Source of the DNA: a virus
Reading direction: 5' to 3' (one strand)
Length of the DNA stretch: 64,000 bases
IMG/VR virus record: IMGVR_UViG_3300025759_000058
Translations under genes and position numbers: made by a program
Shown here: positions 7,811-18,221 of the stretch, piece after piece
Layout of the letters: each line of letters begins with the position of its first letter
Position numbering within the stretch: the first letter of the stretch is position 1
Notes under the pieces: generated by a model
Told to the model about the DNA's origin: nothing
Seen by the model: only the letters and a program-made list of their open reading frames with translations
Database searches by the model: none

Positions 7811-10132
7811 ATGTTAGGAGAATGGTTAGCTAATCAACTACTTAACGAAAGTCAAATTAAGACAGTCGTTGTAATATACCCCGGCCGTTTTCAGCCAATG
7901 GGTAAACATCATGCCGAAGTATATAAAAAATTAGCTTCTAGATTTGGTAAATCGAACACATACATTGCAACATCTGATAAAGTGGCGTTACCAAAGTCCC
8001 CATTGACCTTTAATGAAAAGAAACGTGTTATTAATAAACACGGCATTACAAACGTCATTCAAGTAAAAAACCCATATCAGTCCGCAGAAATAACTAGCAA
8101 GTATGATCCAGAAACGACAGCTGTCTTATTTGCGGTTGGTAAAAAAGATATGATGGAAGATCCTAGATTTAAAGTAGGATTTAAAAAGAACGGTGAGCCA
8201 TCATATTTTCAATATTATGATGATAATAAAGATAATTTATTACCATATACTAAACATGGGTACTTATACGTTGCGCCACATGTATCATTAAATGTTCCTG
8301 GATATGGAGAAATGTCAGGAACAATATTACGTCAGGCATTGGCAAATGCAACGCCTGCAGATTTTAAGTCAATCATGGGATTCTTTGATCCTACAATTTA
8401 TAATCTTCTCAAAAAAAAATTCTCGAAGCTAGCGATAGAAAACATTGAACGGTTTATAGTTGAAAATAGTAGTAATCTACCGTTGGGTAAATCTATGGTA
8501 GACGATGGCCCAAGATATTTTTATGGTAATCAAGCTACTTATCGTGCTAAAAACAAACAAATGGCAGAAAAGTTAGGATTTTCAGTTCTTAATTACATTA
8601 TCAAAGATAGCCCTATAGAAGTGCATTCAACAGAATATCCAGATGGACCACCTATGGGTGTATCATACTTTCCTAGTGGTGTGGCTGGTTCGAATTATGC
8701 AGGTACTAATTATATAAAAGATATGCGCGGAAATCCCGCGTACCAAGAATGGTCTAAACATATAAGTAAAGTAGCACAACAAGTAGGATATAAGTTTTTA
8801 AACTTTCTAGGAGCCGGCGAAGCAATTGCTAGCTCTAAAAACGAACCAACGACGCCAGTGCCAATAAAAGAATCATTATTTACTGCAAACTGGTGGAAGA
8901 CTATTATAAAAGAGTCTCTTATAACAGAAGGCGGCGCATCAGGTCATATGTCACATCCATTTGATGATCGAGATTTGACTTTCGCAGAAATGAAAGAAAT
9001 TATTCGTTTATCGTTGGAAGGACGATTGGATTTAGAAGCCGATGTGACAGAAAAGACAGATGGGCAAAATCTCAATGTAACATTTAAAGATGGTAAAGTA
9101 GGCGCTGCTAGAAATAAAGCTACGATACGTAATCCATTAGATGTGCAAGCCATTGAACGTAAGTTCGCAGATAGAGGTGAATTGACGAAAGCATTTTCGT
9201 ATGCAATGCGCGATTTAGAACAAGCTATATTAGCACTACCGCAAGATAAGCGAGAAGAAGTATTCCAAAATGGAACTAGATTTCTAAACTTAGAAATTAT
9301 ATATCCAGGCACGAAAAATGTCATCAATTACGGTACGTCGGCATATCTGCAGTTTCATGGACTAAACGAATTTGATTTAGAATCTGCAACTAAAACAGAT
9401 ACTTATCCAGAGTATGGACCACTATTGCAGTCATTGATAGCAGATGTGAATGCTGATGTTCAAAAACATTTTAAAATTATTCCGCCAAAAAAATTAATGA
9501 TTCAACGTAGTATTGATTTCGAAAAATTAGAGCCTGAATTTATTGCTCGTGTCAATAAACTTCAAAAAGAGTTTGGATTAAAAGACTCTGACGAAGTTAT
9601 GAAATATCATGAAGAATGGTGGCGACGTAAAATAGATTTAGATTTTCCGTCCGCTACTACGGAAGTAAAGGAAGGCTTGTTACAGCGATGGGCATATAAT
9701 GATAAATCGTTTAGGTTAAATGGAAAATCAGTACCGGATGTTGATATGCTTAATAAGATTAAAGCGTACGATAAACAAGACTTTGCTAAGCAGAACAAAG
9801 CAAATGTAGCTCGATTCGAAGAAATTTTTCTAAAGCTAGGAGCCGAGGTGTTATCAAACGTAAAAGAATTTTTAGCTGCCTCGCCAAATGAAAGTGCACA
9901 AGAACTAAAAAGAGATATCGCCCAAACAATCAAAGAGTTACAGAAGGCAAAGGATATCGGCTCACTTGATAAGGTCAAATATGAACTTAAAAGAATTGAA
10001 TCTATAGGTGGATTTGATAAGATTGTTCCATCCGAAGGTTTAGTGTTTATGTATAAAGGTAATTTGTATAAACTTACCGGTCTTTTTGCACCTGTTAATC
10101 AATTGTTAGGATTATCTAGGTATAGTCGTTAA
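7811..10132 (+). CDS. Multidomain protein: N-terminal cytidylyltransferase/NMNAT-like Rossmann domain plus C-terminal ligase-type nucleotidyltransferase domain
   Basis: YPGRFQPMGKHH (HxGH-class variant); C-terminal EKTDGQNL (KxDG motif I), EGLV and YKLTG (motifs IV/V-like); domains separated by (I/L)xE sites. Confidence 0.65.
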   Translation: MLGEWLANQLLNESQIKTVVVIYPGRFQPMGKHHAEVYKKLASRFGKSNTYIATSDKVALPKSPLTFNEKKRVINKHGITNVIQVKNPYQSAEITSKYDPETTAVLFAVGKKDMMEDPRFKVGFKKNGEPSYFQYYDDNKDNLLPYTKHGYLYVAPHVSLNVPGYGEMSGTILRQALANATPADFKSIMGFFDPTIYNLLKKKFSKLAIENIERFIVENSSNLPLGKSMVDDGPRYFYGNQATYRAKNKQMAEKLGFSVLNYIIKDSPIEVHSTEYPDGPPMGVSYFPSGVAGSNYAGTNYIKDMRGNPAYQEWSKHISKVAQQVGYKFLNFLGAGEAIASSKNEPTTPVPIKESLFTANWWKTIIKESLITEGGASGHMSHPFDDRDLTFAEMKEIIRLSLEGRLDLEADVTEKTDGQNLNVTFKDGKVGAARNKATIRNPLDVQAIERKFADRGELTKAFSYAMRDLEQAILALPQDKREEVFQNGTRFLNLEIIYPGTKNVINYGTSAYLQFHGLNEFDLESATKTDTYPEYGPLLQSLIADVNADVQKHFKIIPPKKLMIQRSIDFEKLEPEFIARVNKLQKEFGLKDSDEVMKYHEEWWRRKIDLDFPSATTEVKEGLLQRWAYNDKSFRLNGKSVPDVDMLNKIKAYDKQDFAKQNKANVARFEEIFLKLGAEVLSNVKEFLAASPNESAQELKRDIAQTIKELQKAKDIGSLDKVKYELKRIESIGGFDKIVPSEGLVFMYKGNLYKLTGLFAPVNQLLGLSRYSR

Positions 10133-10165
10133 CTACATATTTATTTAAAAGAATAGGAATAAACT

Positions 10166-10669
10166 ATGAAAGAATCTGAATTAAGGTCAATGATCCGTAG
10201 ACAGATAAAAGAATCATTAAAAGAAAATGATTCATTTTTAAAACAAGTAGGCGGATCTGTTCGTGCAAAGCTTGGAAGTCGTAGACAAATGTTAGATAGA
10301 ATTTTAGCAACTATTGACACTAACAGATTAACTAGATTGCCTCGAGTCCAAAAAGTTGATTTAGTAGTTGCATTAATTCAAAAGTTTGGCATTTCTCAAC
10401 AAGATTTTGCATCAATCAAATCAAGAGTACAGCGTAATTTAGGAGTCGGTGAGTCAGTGAACGAAGCTGAAGGATCAAACTTAAGTGGCGCATTAGCATC
10501 ACGTGGCGAAAAACTTGAAAAAACTCAAGCATTTAAAATGTTAATGAAGGCAGTTGAAGCAAAGCCAACAGCACAACAAGTAGATTTTGCAATTGACTTC
10601 CTCAGTAAGTTGCCTTTAGATGATGCCGGCAAGCGTCGTTTAAAAATGAAAATTCGTCAATTTCTTTAA
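10166..10669 (+). CDS. Putative head-internal protein with two-fold internal repeat
   Basis: Leader MKESELRSMIRRQIKESLKE, second VNE site; late motif at 10137 and AGGA SD. Confidence 0.5.
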   Translation: MKESELRSMIRRQIKESLKENDSFLKQVGGSVRAKLGSRRQMLDRILATIDTNRLTRLPRVQKVDLVVALIQKFGISQQDFASIKSRVQRNLGVGESVNEAEGSNLSGALASRGEKLEKTQAFKMLMKAVEAKPTAQQVDFAIDFLSKLPLDDAGKRRLKMKIRQFL

Positions 10670-10671
10670 TC

Positions 10672-11286
10672 ATGAGCAATAAGTTACAAAATATTAAAGC
10701 TGTACAGCAGCTGCTAGATGGCACACATAAATCTCAGACTCGTACAACAGTAGGATTCAATAAAGATTCTAAACATGAACGGCGCGAAGTCGGCGACGTT
10801 TGGGAAGAAGTAATGCCAAATGGTACGGTATATATAGTTACACAAAACAAAGGATTTCGTACTAGAAAGCCTAAAAATAGTGTTAAGTCAAAAATTAAAG
10901 ATTTACTTAAAGTACCGGAACAGTGTCCGTCATGTGGGACTAAAATGCGTAACGAAGAAAAGCGATTAAACTTTAAGTTTTGGTTTAAACGAAAAAAATG
11001 TTTTGGTTGTGTTATAAAAGAAGAACAAGAAATTCGTAACCAAGGTTATAATGCATGGCAAGAATATGAACAACGTATAATGTCCGAAAATGCAGAGTCA
11101 TGGTTTAAAGATACTGATGCTGAAGTTGAATTAATAAAAACACAAATAAAAGAGACATATTGGCAAAATGCGGACGGAGAAAATGGTCAAGTTGATATTT
11201 CATCGGTTATAGAAAAAATTGAAAATGATTATAAAGAATTAAAATCAAATGTCCGTAAACAATTTGGAACAATCGATGAACAATAA
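10672..11286 (+). CDS. Zn-finger-containing hypothetical protein upstream of terminase
   Basis: CPSC...CFGC motif. Confidence 0.55.
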   Translation: MSNKLQNIKAVQQLLDGTHKSQTRTTVGFNKDSKHERREVGDVWEEVMPNGTVYIVTQNKGFRTRKPKNSVKSKIKDLLKVPEQCPSCGTKMRNEEKRLNFKFWFKRKKCFGCVIKEEQEIRNQGYNAWQEYEQRIMSENAESWFKDTDAEVELIKTQIKETYWQNADGENGQVDISSVIEKIENDYKELKSNVRKQFGTIDEQ

Positions 11287-11920
11287 AGAACAAATATTAA
11301 GAGCTGAAATAAAACGTCTAGTTAATGAAGTACTTTCAGAAGCAGACGAAGGCCAAGACTTAGAAAAGGAATTGTCTAAAGTAGGAACTGAATTAGCCGC
11401 AGCAATTAAGAAAGCTGATATCGACGTATCTGAATTGGAAGAAAAATACCAACGGGCAATTGATGAAGGAGCTGATAAGAATCAGCTTAATGAAATTGTT
11501 ATAGAGACGATTACAGCAATCTTATTAAAGATTATGACAGTTAATGCTATCATAGGATTAATTACAAAAGGCGTAAAGTTTCTTTCAAAAAAATTAAATT
11601 GGCAAAAAGGTGAAGATTTTGCTGAAAAGATTTTGCATTATGTACATGAGGTCGAAGCTGGATTTAAAAAGCCGTTGGATGTAGTATTAAAATTGTTTGT
11701 TAAAGATGCGCAAACGAGAAAATCGGTTGTCAATATAATGTATGCTATATTAGTCGCATCATTGGCAGTAGGATATGGAACAGAGGCAATTCAGTCTCTT
11801 AAAGATGCGGAATGGTTCAGCGGCGGAGTAAAAGGTCTTAAAGTATTAGCTAAGTCTGATGAAGTAATGGCTAATCTTAAGAATCCAATTATTGTTAAGG
11901 CAATTAAAGCATTTGCATAA
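11276..11920 (+). CDS. Putative head-internal protein with hydrophobic helices (start probably 11276 rather than 11249)
   Basis: Leader MNNKEQILRAEIKRLVNEVLSE, second LNE site, followed by hydrophobic helices. Confidence 0.45.
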   Translation: MNNKEQILRAEIKRLVNEVLSEADEGQDLEKELSKVGTELAAAIKKADIDVSELEEKYQRAIDEGADKNQLNEIVIETITAILLKIMTVNAIIGLITKGVKFLSKKLNWQKGEDFAEKILHYVHEVEAGFKKPLDVVLKLFVKDAQTRKSVVNIMYAILVASLAVGYGTEAIQSLKDAEWFSGGVKGLKVLAKSDEVMANLKNPIIVKAIKAFA

Positions 11921-11952
11921 TTTGCCGTTCTGGCAAAAATTTCTTATATTTA
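11921..11952 (+). promoter_or_regulatory. Bacteroidota-type promoter (TTTG-N20-TATATTTA)
   Basis: TTTG 11921-11924 and TATATTTA 11945-11952; terminase ATG follows 7 nt later. Confidence 0.65.
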
Positions 11953-11959
11953 GGTTATA

Positions 11960-13537
11960 ATGGCGCAACGTAATATCAAAGAAGTAATTCGCGAAGAATA
12001 TAAAAGATGTGCACAAGATCCTGTGCACTTTATGCGCAAATATTGTATTATTCAACATCCTACTAAAGGTAAGATGTATTTTAATTTATATCCTTTTCAG
12101 GCTGCTACGTTAACAACATTACAGCATAATCGTTATAACGTAATCCTTAAATCTAGACAGTTAGGTATTTCAACACTTTCGGCCGGGTTTGTATTATGGA
12201 ACATGTTATTTAAAGATGACTACAATGTTCTTGTCATCGCCACAACACAAGAAGTAGCTAAAAACTTGGTCACCAAAATCAGAGTCATGCATGAAAATTT
12301 ACCATCATGGCTAAAAGGCCGTACTATTGAAGATAACAAACTTTCATTGCGATTTAAGAATGGGTCGCAGGTAAAAGCTGTATCGAGTGCAGGTACCGCC
12401 GGCCGTTCTGAGGCATTGTCATTATTAGTTATTGATGAGGCTGCATTTATTAAAAATATTGAAGAGATATGGGCGTCTGCTCAACAAACATTGGCTACTG
12501 GTGGAGGTTGTGTTGCACTTTCAACGCCTAACGGCACCGGTAACTGGTTTCATAAAACATGGGTTGATGCAGAAGCCGGAGGCCAATTCGTGCCAACTGA
12601 ATTGCACTGGACAGTACATCCCGAACGTGACCAATCATGGCGTGATGAACAAACCGGACTATTAGGCGAAAAGATGGCTGCACAAGAATGTGACTGCGAT
12701 TTTATAACATCCGGTCATACGGTAGTCGACGGTCCTATATTACAATGGTATGAACAAACATACGTTAAAGATCCAATTGAGCGCCGCGGATTTGATTCAA
12801 ACTACTGGATGTGGGAATATCCAGATTACGGAAAAGACTATGTTGTTGTAGCAGACGTTGCACGCGGCGATGGAGGCGACTACTCTGCATTCCATGTTAT
12901 TGAAATTGAAAACATGGTTCAAGTTGCTGAATACAAAGGGAAGATAGGTACTACAGAATATGGTAATATGCTGGTATCTGTTGCAACAGAATGGAACAAT
13001 GCATTATTAGTTATTGAAAATGCAAATATAGGATGGGCGGCTATTCAAGTTGTAATAGATAAAAACTATAATAATTTATATTACTCATATCGGCAAGATG
13101 CATATGTAGATGAAGATATACACTTATCAAAAGGTTACGATCTAAAAAACAAAGCACAAAAAGTTCCGGGATTTTCTACTACATCAAAAACCAGGCCATT
13201 GGTTATTTCAAAACTAGAAACTTATTTTAGAGAAAAGTCGCCAATCGTTCACAGTAAACGACTTATAGATGAATTATTTGTATTTATATGGAATGGTAGT
13301 AAGGCTGAAGCACAATCTGGTTATAATGATGACCTGGTAATGGCATTTGGTATTGCATTATGGATACGAGATACTGCACTTCGGCTACGGCAGCAAGGTT
13401 TAGAATTATCTAAAAAATCTTTAGGATACTTTGGTAAAGTACAACATGATACTGGTGTATATACTAATAAAAATTCTAATGGTGCATGGGAATGGCGTAA
13501 TGGCTATGGAAAAGATGATCTAACCTGGCTAATATGA
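11960..13537 (+). CDS. terL: Terminase large subunit (T4 gp17-like)
   Basis: KSRQLGIST Walker A, LLVIDEAAF Walker B, STPNG coupling motif, nuclease ADVARG..DYS and NDDLVMA. Confidence 0.95.
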   Translation: MAQRNIKEVIREEYKRCAQDPVHFMRKYCIIQHPTKGKMYFNLYPFQAATLTTLQHNRYNVILKSRQLGISTLSAGFVLWNMLFKDDYNVLVIATTQEVAKNLVTKIRVMHENLPSWLKGRTIEDNKLSLRFKNGSQVKAVSSAGTAGRSEALSLLVIDEAAFIKNIEEIWASAQQTLATGGGCVALSTPNGTGNWFHKTWVDAEAGGQFVPTELHWTVHPERDQSWRDEQTGLLGEKMAAQECDCDFITSGHTVVDGPILQWYEQTYVKDPIERRGFDSNYWMWEYPDYGKDYVVVADVARGDGGDYSAFHVIEIENMVQVAEYKGKIGTTEYGNMLVSVATEWNNALLVIENANIGWAAIQVVIDKNYNNLYYSYRQDAYVDEDIHLSKGYDLKNKAQKVPGFSTTSKTRPLVISKLETYFREKSPIVHSKRLIDELFVFIWNGSKAEAQSGYNDDLVMAFGIALWIRDTALRLRQQGLELSKKSLGYFGKVQHDTGVYTNKNSNGAWEWRNGYGKDDLTWLI

Positions 13538-13561
13538 TATTTATAACAAAAGAAACTGATT

Positions 13562-15448
13562 ATGGCAGATACATCATTAAGATCAAGACTATCTAGACTA
13601 TTTTCGACGAATGTAGTTGTACGTCGTATAGCAAAAAATAGGCTTAAGGTAGTTGATACAAATCGATTGCAATCGATGGGGTCGCTTTCGAATAACAGAT
13701 ATATAGATCGTTTTTCTGGAATGCATAAAGCTCAATCTGGATTTGCAACATATAATCAAAATTACACATTCTTTACATCTAAATTAGAACTGTATTCTGA
13801 TTATGAAGCAATGGACATGGATCCGATTATTGCATCGGCATTAGATGTTTATGCAGATGAATGCACAGTTAAAGATGCTGACGGTGACACTCTAACTATC
13901 AATTCGCAGAACGATGAAATTAAAAAAGTATTACATAATTTATTTTATGACGTACTTAATGTTGATTATAATCTCTGGCCATGGATTCGTAATGCATGTA
14001 AATATGGTGACTTTTTTTTACATTTAGATATTGAAGATGAAATTGGTATTGTCAATGTAACACCGTTAAGTGGCTATGAAGTACGCCGAGAAGAAGGATT
14101 TGATCCAGCAAATCCATATGCATACAAATTTGTATGGGAAGGTACTCATACAGCATATGCATCTGCCCGATCTAATCAAGATCAAAGAGAGTTCCAAAAT
14201 TTTGAAATAGCTCATTTTAGATTATTATCAGATACAAACTTTTTACCGTACGGCAAATCTATGATCGAACCAGCACGTAAAGTTTTCAAACAACTTATGT
14301 TGATGGAAGATGCGATGTTAATTCATAGAATAATGCGCGCACCAGAACGCAGAATATTTAAAGTAGATGTAGGAAACATTCCGCCGGCTGAAGTTGATGC
14401 TCATATGAAGAACATCATCGGTAATATGAAAAAAATTCCATATGTAGATGAACGAACGGGAGAGTATAATCTCAAGTTCAATATGGAAAATATGATGGAA
14501 GATTACTTCTTGCCAGTTCGAGGAGGTGAATCTGGAACAGCTGTAGAATCTCTACCGGGCTTATCTAATGATGGACAAATTGAAGATATTGACTACCTAC
14601 GCAATAAAATGCATGCCGCGCTTAAGATACCAAAAGCATTCTTAGGTTATGACGAAGGCGTTGAAGGAAAGGCAACATTAGCCGCAGAAGATGTAAGATT
14701 TGCTAGAACAATTGAACGGCTACAAAAAATATTTGTTTCTGAATTAACAAAAATTGCAATTGTACATTTGTTTTCTCAAGGATTTAAGGATGAAGATTTA
14801 GTCGATTTTACTATATCATTAACAAATCCTTCATTAATCTATGAAAAGCAAAAAATAGAAACATTAAATGAAAAAATAACCCTGGCAACATCGTTAAAAG
14901 AATCTACATTATTTTCTGAACGTTGGATTTATGAAAATATATTTGGATTAAGCCAAGATGAATGGCGCTCGGAACAAGATCAAGTTATAGAAGATTTAAA
15001 ATCAGATTTTAGAAAAGAGCAAATAAAATCAGAAGGTAATGATCCAAAGAAGACTAATATGAGTTTTGGTACGCCGCATGATATAGCATCAATGCACGTT
15101 TCTAATAGAAATGGGGAATTATTGCCCGGCCAGGAACAAAAACATGTCGCAGGCCCCGGTAGACCAAAAGAGCCAGGCACATGGGGTTCACATGATTCTC
15201 CGCATGGCAGAGATCCAATCGGGATTAAGTCATTAGATACGTCATTTAATACGGACAAGTCACCTTTGCAACATAATTATCGCAACTCATCTCCATTAAG
15301 TATAGAAAGTAAAAATGTAGAAGCATTATTAGGCTCATTAAAATTAGCATTTAAGACACCTGATATGCTTCATGAATCATTAAATAATAAAGATAATAAA
15401 TCGGATTCTGGTACTATTTTAGACGAAACGCAGTTGATAGAGGAATGA
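13562..15448 (+). CDS. Portal protein (T4 gp20-like)
   Basis: LMEDAMLIHRIMRAPERRIFKVDVGN, EDYFLPVRG, ALKIPK signatures. Confidence 0.95.
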   Translation: MADTSLRSRLSRLFSTNVVVRRIAKNRLKVVDTNRLQSMGSLSNNRYIDRFSGMHKAQSGFATYNQNYTFFTSKLELYSDYEAMDMDPIIASALDVYADECTVKDADGDTLTINSQNDEIKKVLHNLFYDVLNVDYNLWPWIRNACKYGDFFLHLDIEDEIGIVNVTPLSGYEVRREEGFDPANPYAYKFVWEGTHTAYASARSNQDQREFQNFEIAHFRLLSDTNFLPYGKSMIEPARKVFKQLMLMEDAMLIHRIMRAPERRIFKVDVGNIPPAEVDAHMKNIIGNMKKIPYVDERTGEYNLKFNMENMMEDYFLPVRGGESGTAVESLPGLSNDGQIEDIDYLRNKMHAALKIPKAFLGYDEGVEGKATLAAEDVRFARTIERLQKIFVSELTKIAIVHLFSQGFKDEDLVDFTISLTNPSLIYEKQKIETLNEKITLATSLKESTLFSERWIYENIFGLSQDEWRSEQDQVIEDLKSDFRKEQIKSEGNDPKKTNMSFGTPHDIASMHVSNRNGELLPGQEQKHVAGPGRPKEPGTWGSHDSPHGRDPIGIKSLDTSFNTDKSPLQHNYRNSSPLSIESKNVEALLGSLKLAFKTPDMLHESLNNKDNKSDSGTILDETQLIEE

Positions 15449-15514
15449 CGTGAAGGTATTTAGTATTAACGCCATATTTATAAAAAAGTATGATCATAAC
15501 AGGGCGATTACTTC

Positions 15515-16357
15515 ATGAAACGAATGAAACATTCCAAGTATAAGAATACAGGACTAATCTTTGAACTTCTCGTCCGCCAAGTTGCATCGGATACGATGCA
15601 TAATAGAGACTCAAAAGCGTTACATATATTAAAACGTCATTTTTCTAAAAATGCAGAACTTTCGAAAGAATTAAAACTGTACAGGTCTTTACACGAAGAA
15701 AAATTTATTAATGAGCGGAAGGCGGAGCTTTTTCTTGATGCAGTACTGAAATCCAGACGGCAGTTGAACGAATCTCAACTACGTAGAGAAAAATATAATT
15801 TAGTTAAAGAAATTAATGCCGTATTAGATACAACAGAATTCTTTAATGCTCGTATAACATCTTATAAACAGCATGCTGCGATTTATAAATTGTTTGAATT
15901 TACAGAGTCTGATGACCCTCGTAGCTATGTCGATAACAGATCGTCATTAGTAGAACATATACAGACTCAGACAAAAGCAGAAGAAAAGGTATCATTAGTA
16001 TCTGAAGACAAAGATATACGAATCTTAGCATCTAAAATGGTTGTAGATAAGTTTAATGAAAAATATTCTACATTAAGTGCACCACAAAAAAGAATGTTAA
16101 GAGAGTATATTAATAACGTTACTAATTCTTCAAAACTCAAAGCATATGTAATTACAGAAACAACTAAAATTGAATCTGAAATTCAATCGCTAAAGCGTCA
16201 AGTTGTTAGTAAGGTGACGCGTATTAAATTAAATGAAGTTTCATCATTGTTAAGCCAGCTTCGTCAGAAGCATGTAATTCAAGATAAAGATATTGTTACC
16301 ATGTTACGTTATTACGAATTAGTTGAAGAATTAAAAAAAGCTGAGGAGTCTAACTAA
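15515..16357 (+). CDS. Conserved head-assembly region protein (prohead core-associated, function unknown)
   Basis: KHSKYKNTGLIFELLVRQ N-terminus; lies between portal and protease; late motif at 15474. Confidence 0.55.
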   Translation: MKRMKHSKYKNTGLIFELLVRQVASDTMHNRDSKALHILKRHFSKNAELSKELKLYRSLHEEKFINERKAELFLDAVLKSRRQLNESQLRREKYNLVKEINAVLDTTEFFNARITSYKQHAAIYKLFEFTESDDPRSYVDNRSSLVEHIQTQTKAEEKVSLVSEDKDIRILASKMVVDKFNEKYSTLSAPQKRMLREYINNVTNSSKLKAYVITETTKIESEIQSLKRQVVSKVTRIKLNEVSSLLSQLRQKHVIQDKDIVTMLRYYELVEELKKAEESN

Positions 16358-16662
16358 TGGCACGTGGACAAGTTTATTTAGCACCTAGCGGATCTCAAAT
16401 CAATCAGTTTGAGACTCAAGGATTTCCGGGCGAATATCATTCGCCATTGGCATATACATCTGGACAAGTTGATTTAACTGGTTCTAATTACGGTTACGGC
16501 GCGGTTATGGTAGTAACTCACGGCAGCGCTACGTTGCATTATGCTGGCGGTACAAGTTCATTAGCTTCTGATTTAACTGCTAAAGATATTTACAATTTGT
16601 CTGTAGCAAAAATAACTGGCGGGACTGGCGCTAAAATTTATTTATTTAAGAGACAGCAATAA
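16357..16662 (+). CDS. Small virion protein
   Basis: Translationally coupled; G/S/T-rich beta character. Confidence 0.5.
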   Translation: MARGQVYLAPSGSQINQFETQGFPGEYHSPLAYTSGQVDLTGSNYGYGAVMVVTHGSATLHYAGGTSSLASDLTAKDIYNLSVAKITGGTGAKIYLFKRQQ

Positions 16663-17420
16663 TGAAATTGATAGATCAATTAGACTTATACTTTGAAGCA
16701 TTGGATAAAATTTCTGATAAAGAAGCAGCACAAGATTTTGATTCTTTAGATGATAAAGATATTGATAATGACGGTGATGTAGATGATACCGATTCATATC
16801 TTCATAACAAATTAGGCAATGTAGCCAAAAACGTTAACGAGGCAGATAATATCGACCAGCTTCATAGCGATTTTATGCGTATGGTATCTGATAAGATATC
16901 AGACAACGAAGCTCGAGCGTTAATAAATCAATTAAGACGTCAATATGATGATGAAGAAATTCGTGCAGTTTTAGGACCATTAGGATTATTACGCGATGAA
17001 ATGACAGAAATGTCAACGACAGCGGCCGTGCCTGGCGATATTAAAACGCCATATGCATTTGGTAAGAAAGAGGATGAAAAGGATAATGCTGAAGTTGTTG
17101 GTTATAAAAAAGTACAGGAAAGTGCTTATAAGCGTATGATGCGTGATGTATATGGGATTAAATCAATTGATGAGGCAGTAACATATTCGGACTTTAAAAA
17201 AGATCCTAAATCAACGCCGCAACAAAAAGTAAATAGAGGCATTGCCGAAGTAAACCGTATGTTAGCAGAAATGGAAAAAATTGTTAATAACAACTTACGG
17301 TTGAAGCAAGAAATGGGCGTTGATTCATCTCACTTTTGGAAAACTACCGGTAGCCGATTTGCAAAAATAAATGAACGCATGACGCGTATATCAAATAGAT
17401 TAAGAGAATTGTCAAAATGA
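16662..17420 (+). CDS. Putative prohead core/internal protein with EF-hand-like motif
   Basis: DKDIDNDGDVDDTDSYL Ca-binding-like loop; several xxE sites (VNE, MTE, VQE, IDE). Confidence 0.55.
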   Translation: MKLIDQLDLYFEALDKISDKEAAQDFDSLDDKDIDNDGDVDDTDSYLHNKLGNVAKNVNEADNIDQLHSDFMRMVSDKISDNEARALINQLRRQYDDEEIRAVLGPLGLLRDEMTEMSTTAAVPGDIKTPYAFGKKEDEKDNAEVVGYKKVQESAYKRMMRDVYGIKSIDEAVTYSDFKKDPKSTPQQKVNRGIAEVNRMLAEMEKIVNNNLRLKQEMGVDSSHFWKTTGSRFAKINERMTRISNRLRELSK

Positions 17421-18211
17421 ACAAAGTAATGAGATATTATCAGACGTGGACAGACTATTCGCGTCGCCCCGAAATTCAATCTTTAATTGAATCGAAAGGT
17501 ATAGAATATGTGCGTCAACAGTATATGCGTGAAGTAAATTATATGCAATGGAATTATCCAAATCAAATAAATGAAACAATGGAACCTGGTCAATCCGTTA
17601 ATAACTCAATTAATAGTGATGGCAGTTCTACTCAATTTATTACAGGATATTCTAAAGAAACGTCTACGTTTACGTTAGCAGATGGATTGACAGACGGATT
17701 TGAAGATGCAATCCATGGGACATTCTTTGATGTATATGCATATAATAACACTGTAGATTATTCATTAGATCATGCTGATAGTGTTAAACAAATTAGATGT
17801 TTTATAACGACAGGGTCTGCAGAAACATTTTCAAATACCGGCGGCGCAGCATGCGTCATTACCGCATCTGTTGATGGCGTGAGTGGTATTGTTACGGGTT
17901 CAATATTAGAATCGTTTAGAGATGCAATAAATAATCAAGGTGCATCCGCAGTCGTAGCTGGCTTTACAAATACATTTGCGCCATCAGATATAATATCAGG
18001 TTCGGTAACAGATAATGTATTAACTATTACAAGAGAATATAATGCAGGTGTTCCGGATATATCATTAACAGCCGGCACTAATGCAACTAACTTATCAGAT
18101 ACTGCATCTGTAGCAACGCCCGTTAATGGTTTAGATACATATTATTATGCGCAAGGTATGCAGGTATTTGATGGAGCGGTTGCGCCTTATTCAACATTGC
18201 CCAGAAAATAA
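17417..18211 (+). CDS. Putative virion protein with cleavable leader
   Basis: LIE/INE sites followed by a TGS/SGS-rich beta domain. Confidence 0.45.
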   Translation: MNKVMRYYQTWTDYSRRPEIQSLIESKGIEYVRQQYMREVNYMQWNYPNQINETMEPGQSVNNSINSDGSSTQFITGYSKETSTFTLADGLTDGFEDAIHGTFFDVYAYNNTVDYSLDHADSVKQIRCFITTGSAETFSNTGGAACVITASVDGVSGIVTGSILESFRDAINNQGASAVVAGFTNTFAPSDIISGSVTDNVLTITREYNAGVPDISLTAGTNATNLSDTASVATPVNGLDTYYYAQGMQVFDGAVAPYSTLPRK

Positions 18212-18221
18212 GGAATAAACA

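Noticed and set aside
10672-11286. Terminase small subunit
   Set aside because: The position is suggestive, but no recognisable TerS motif was found; left as a Zn-finger hypothetical protein.
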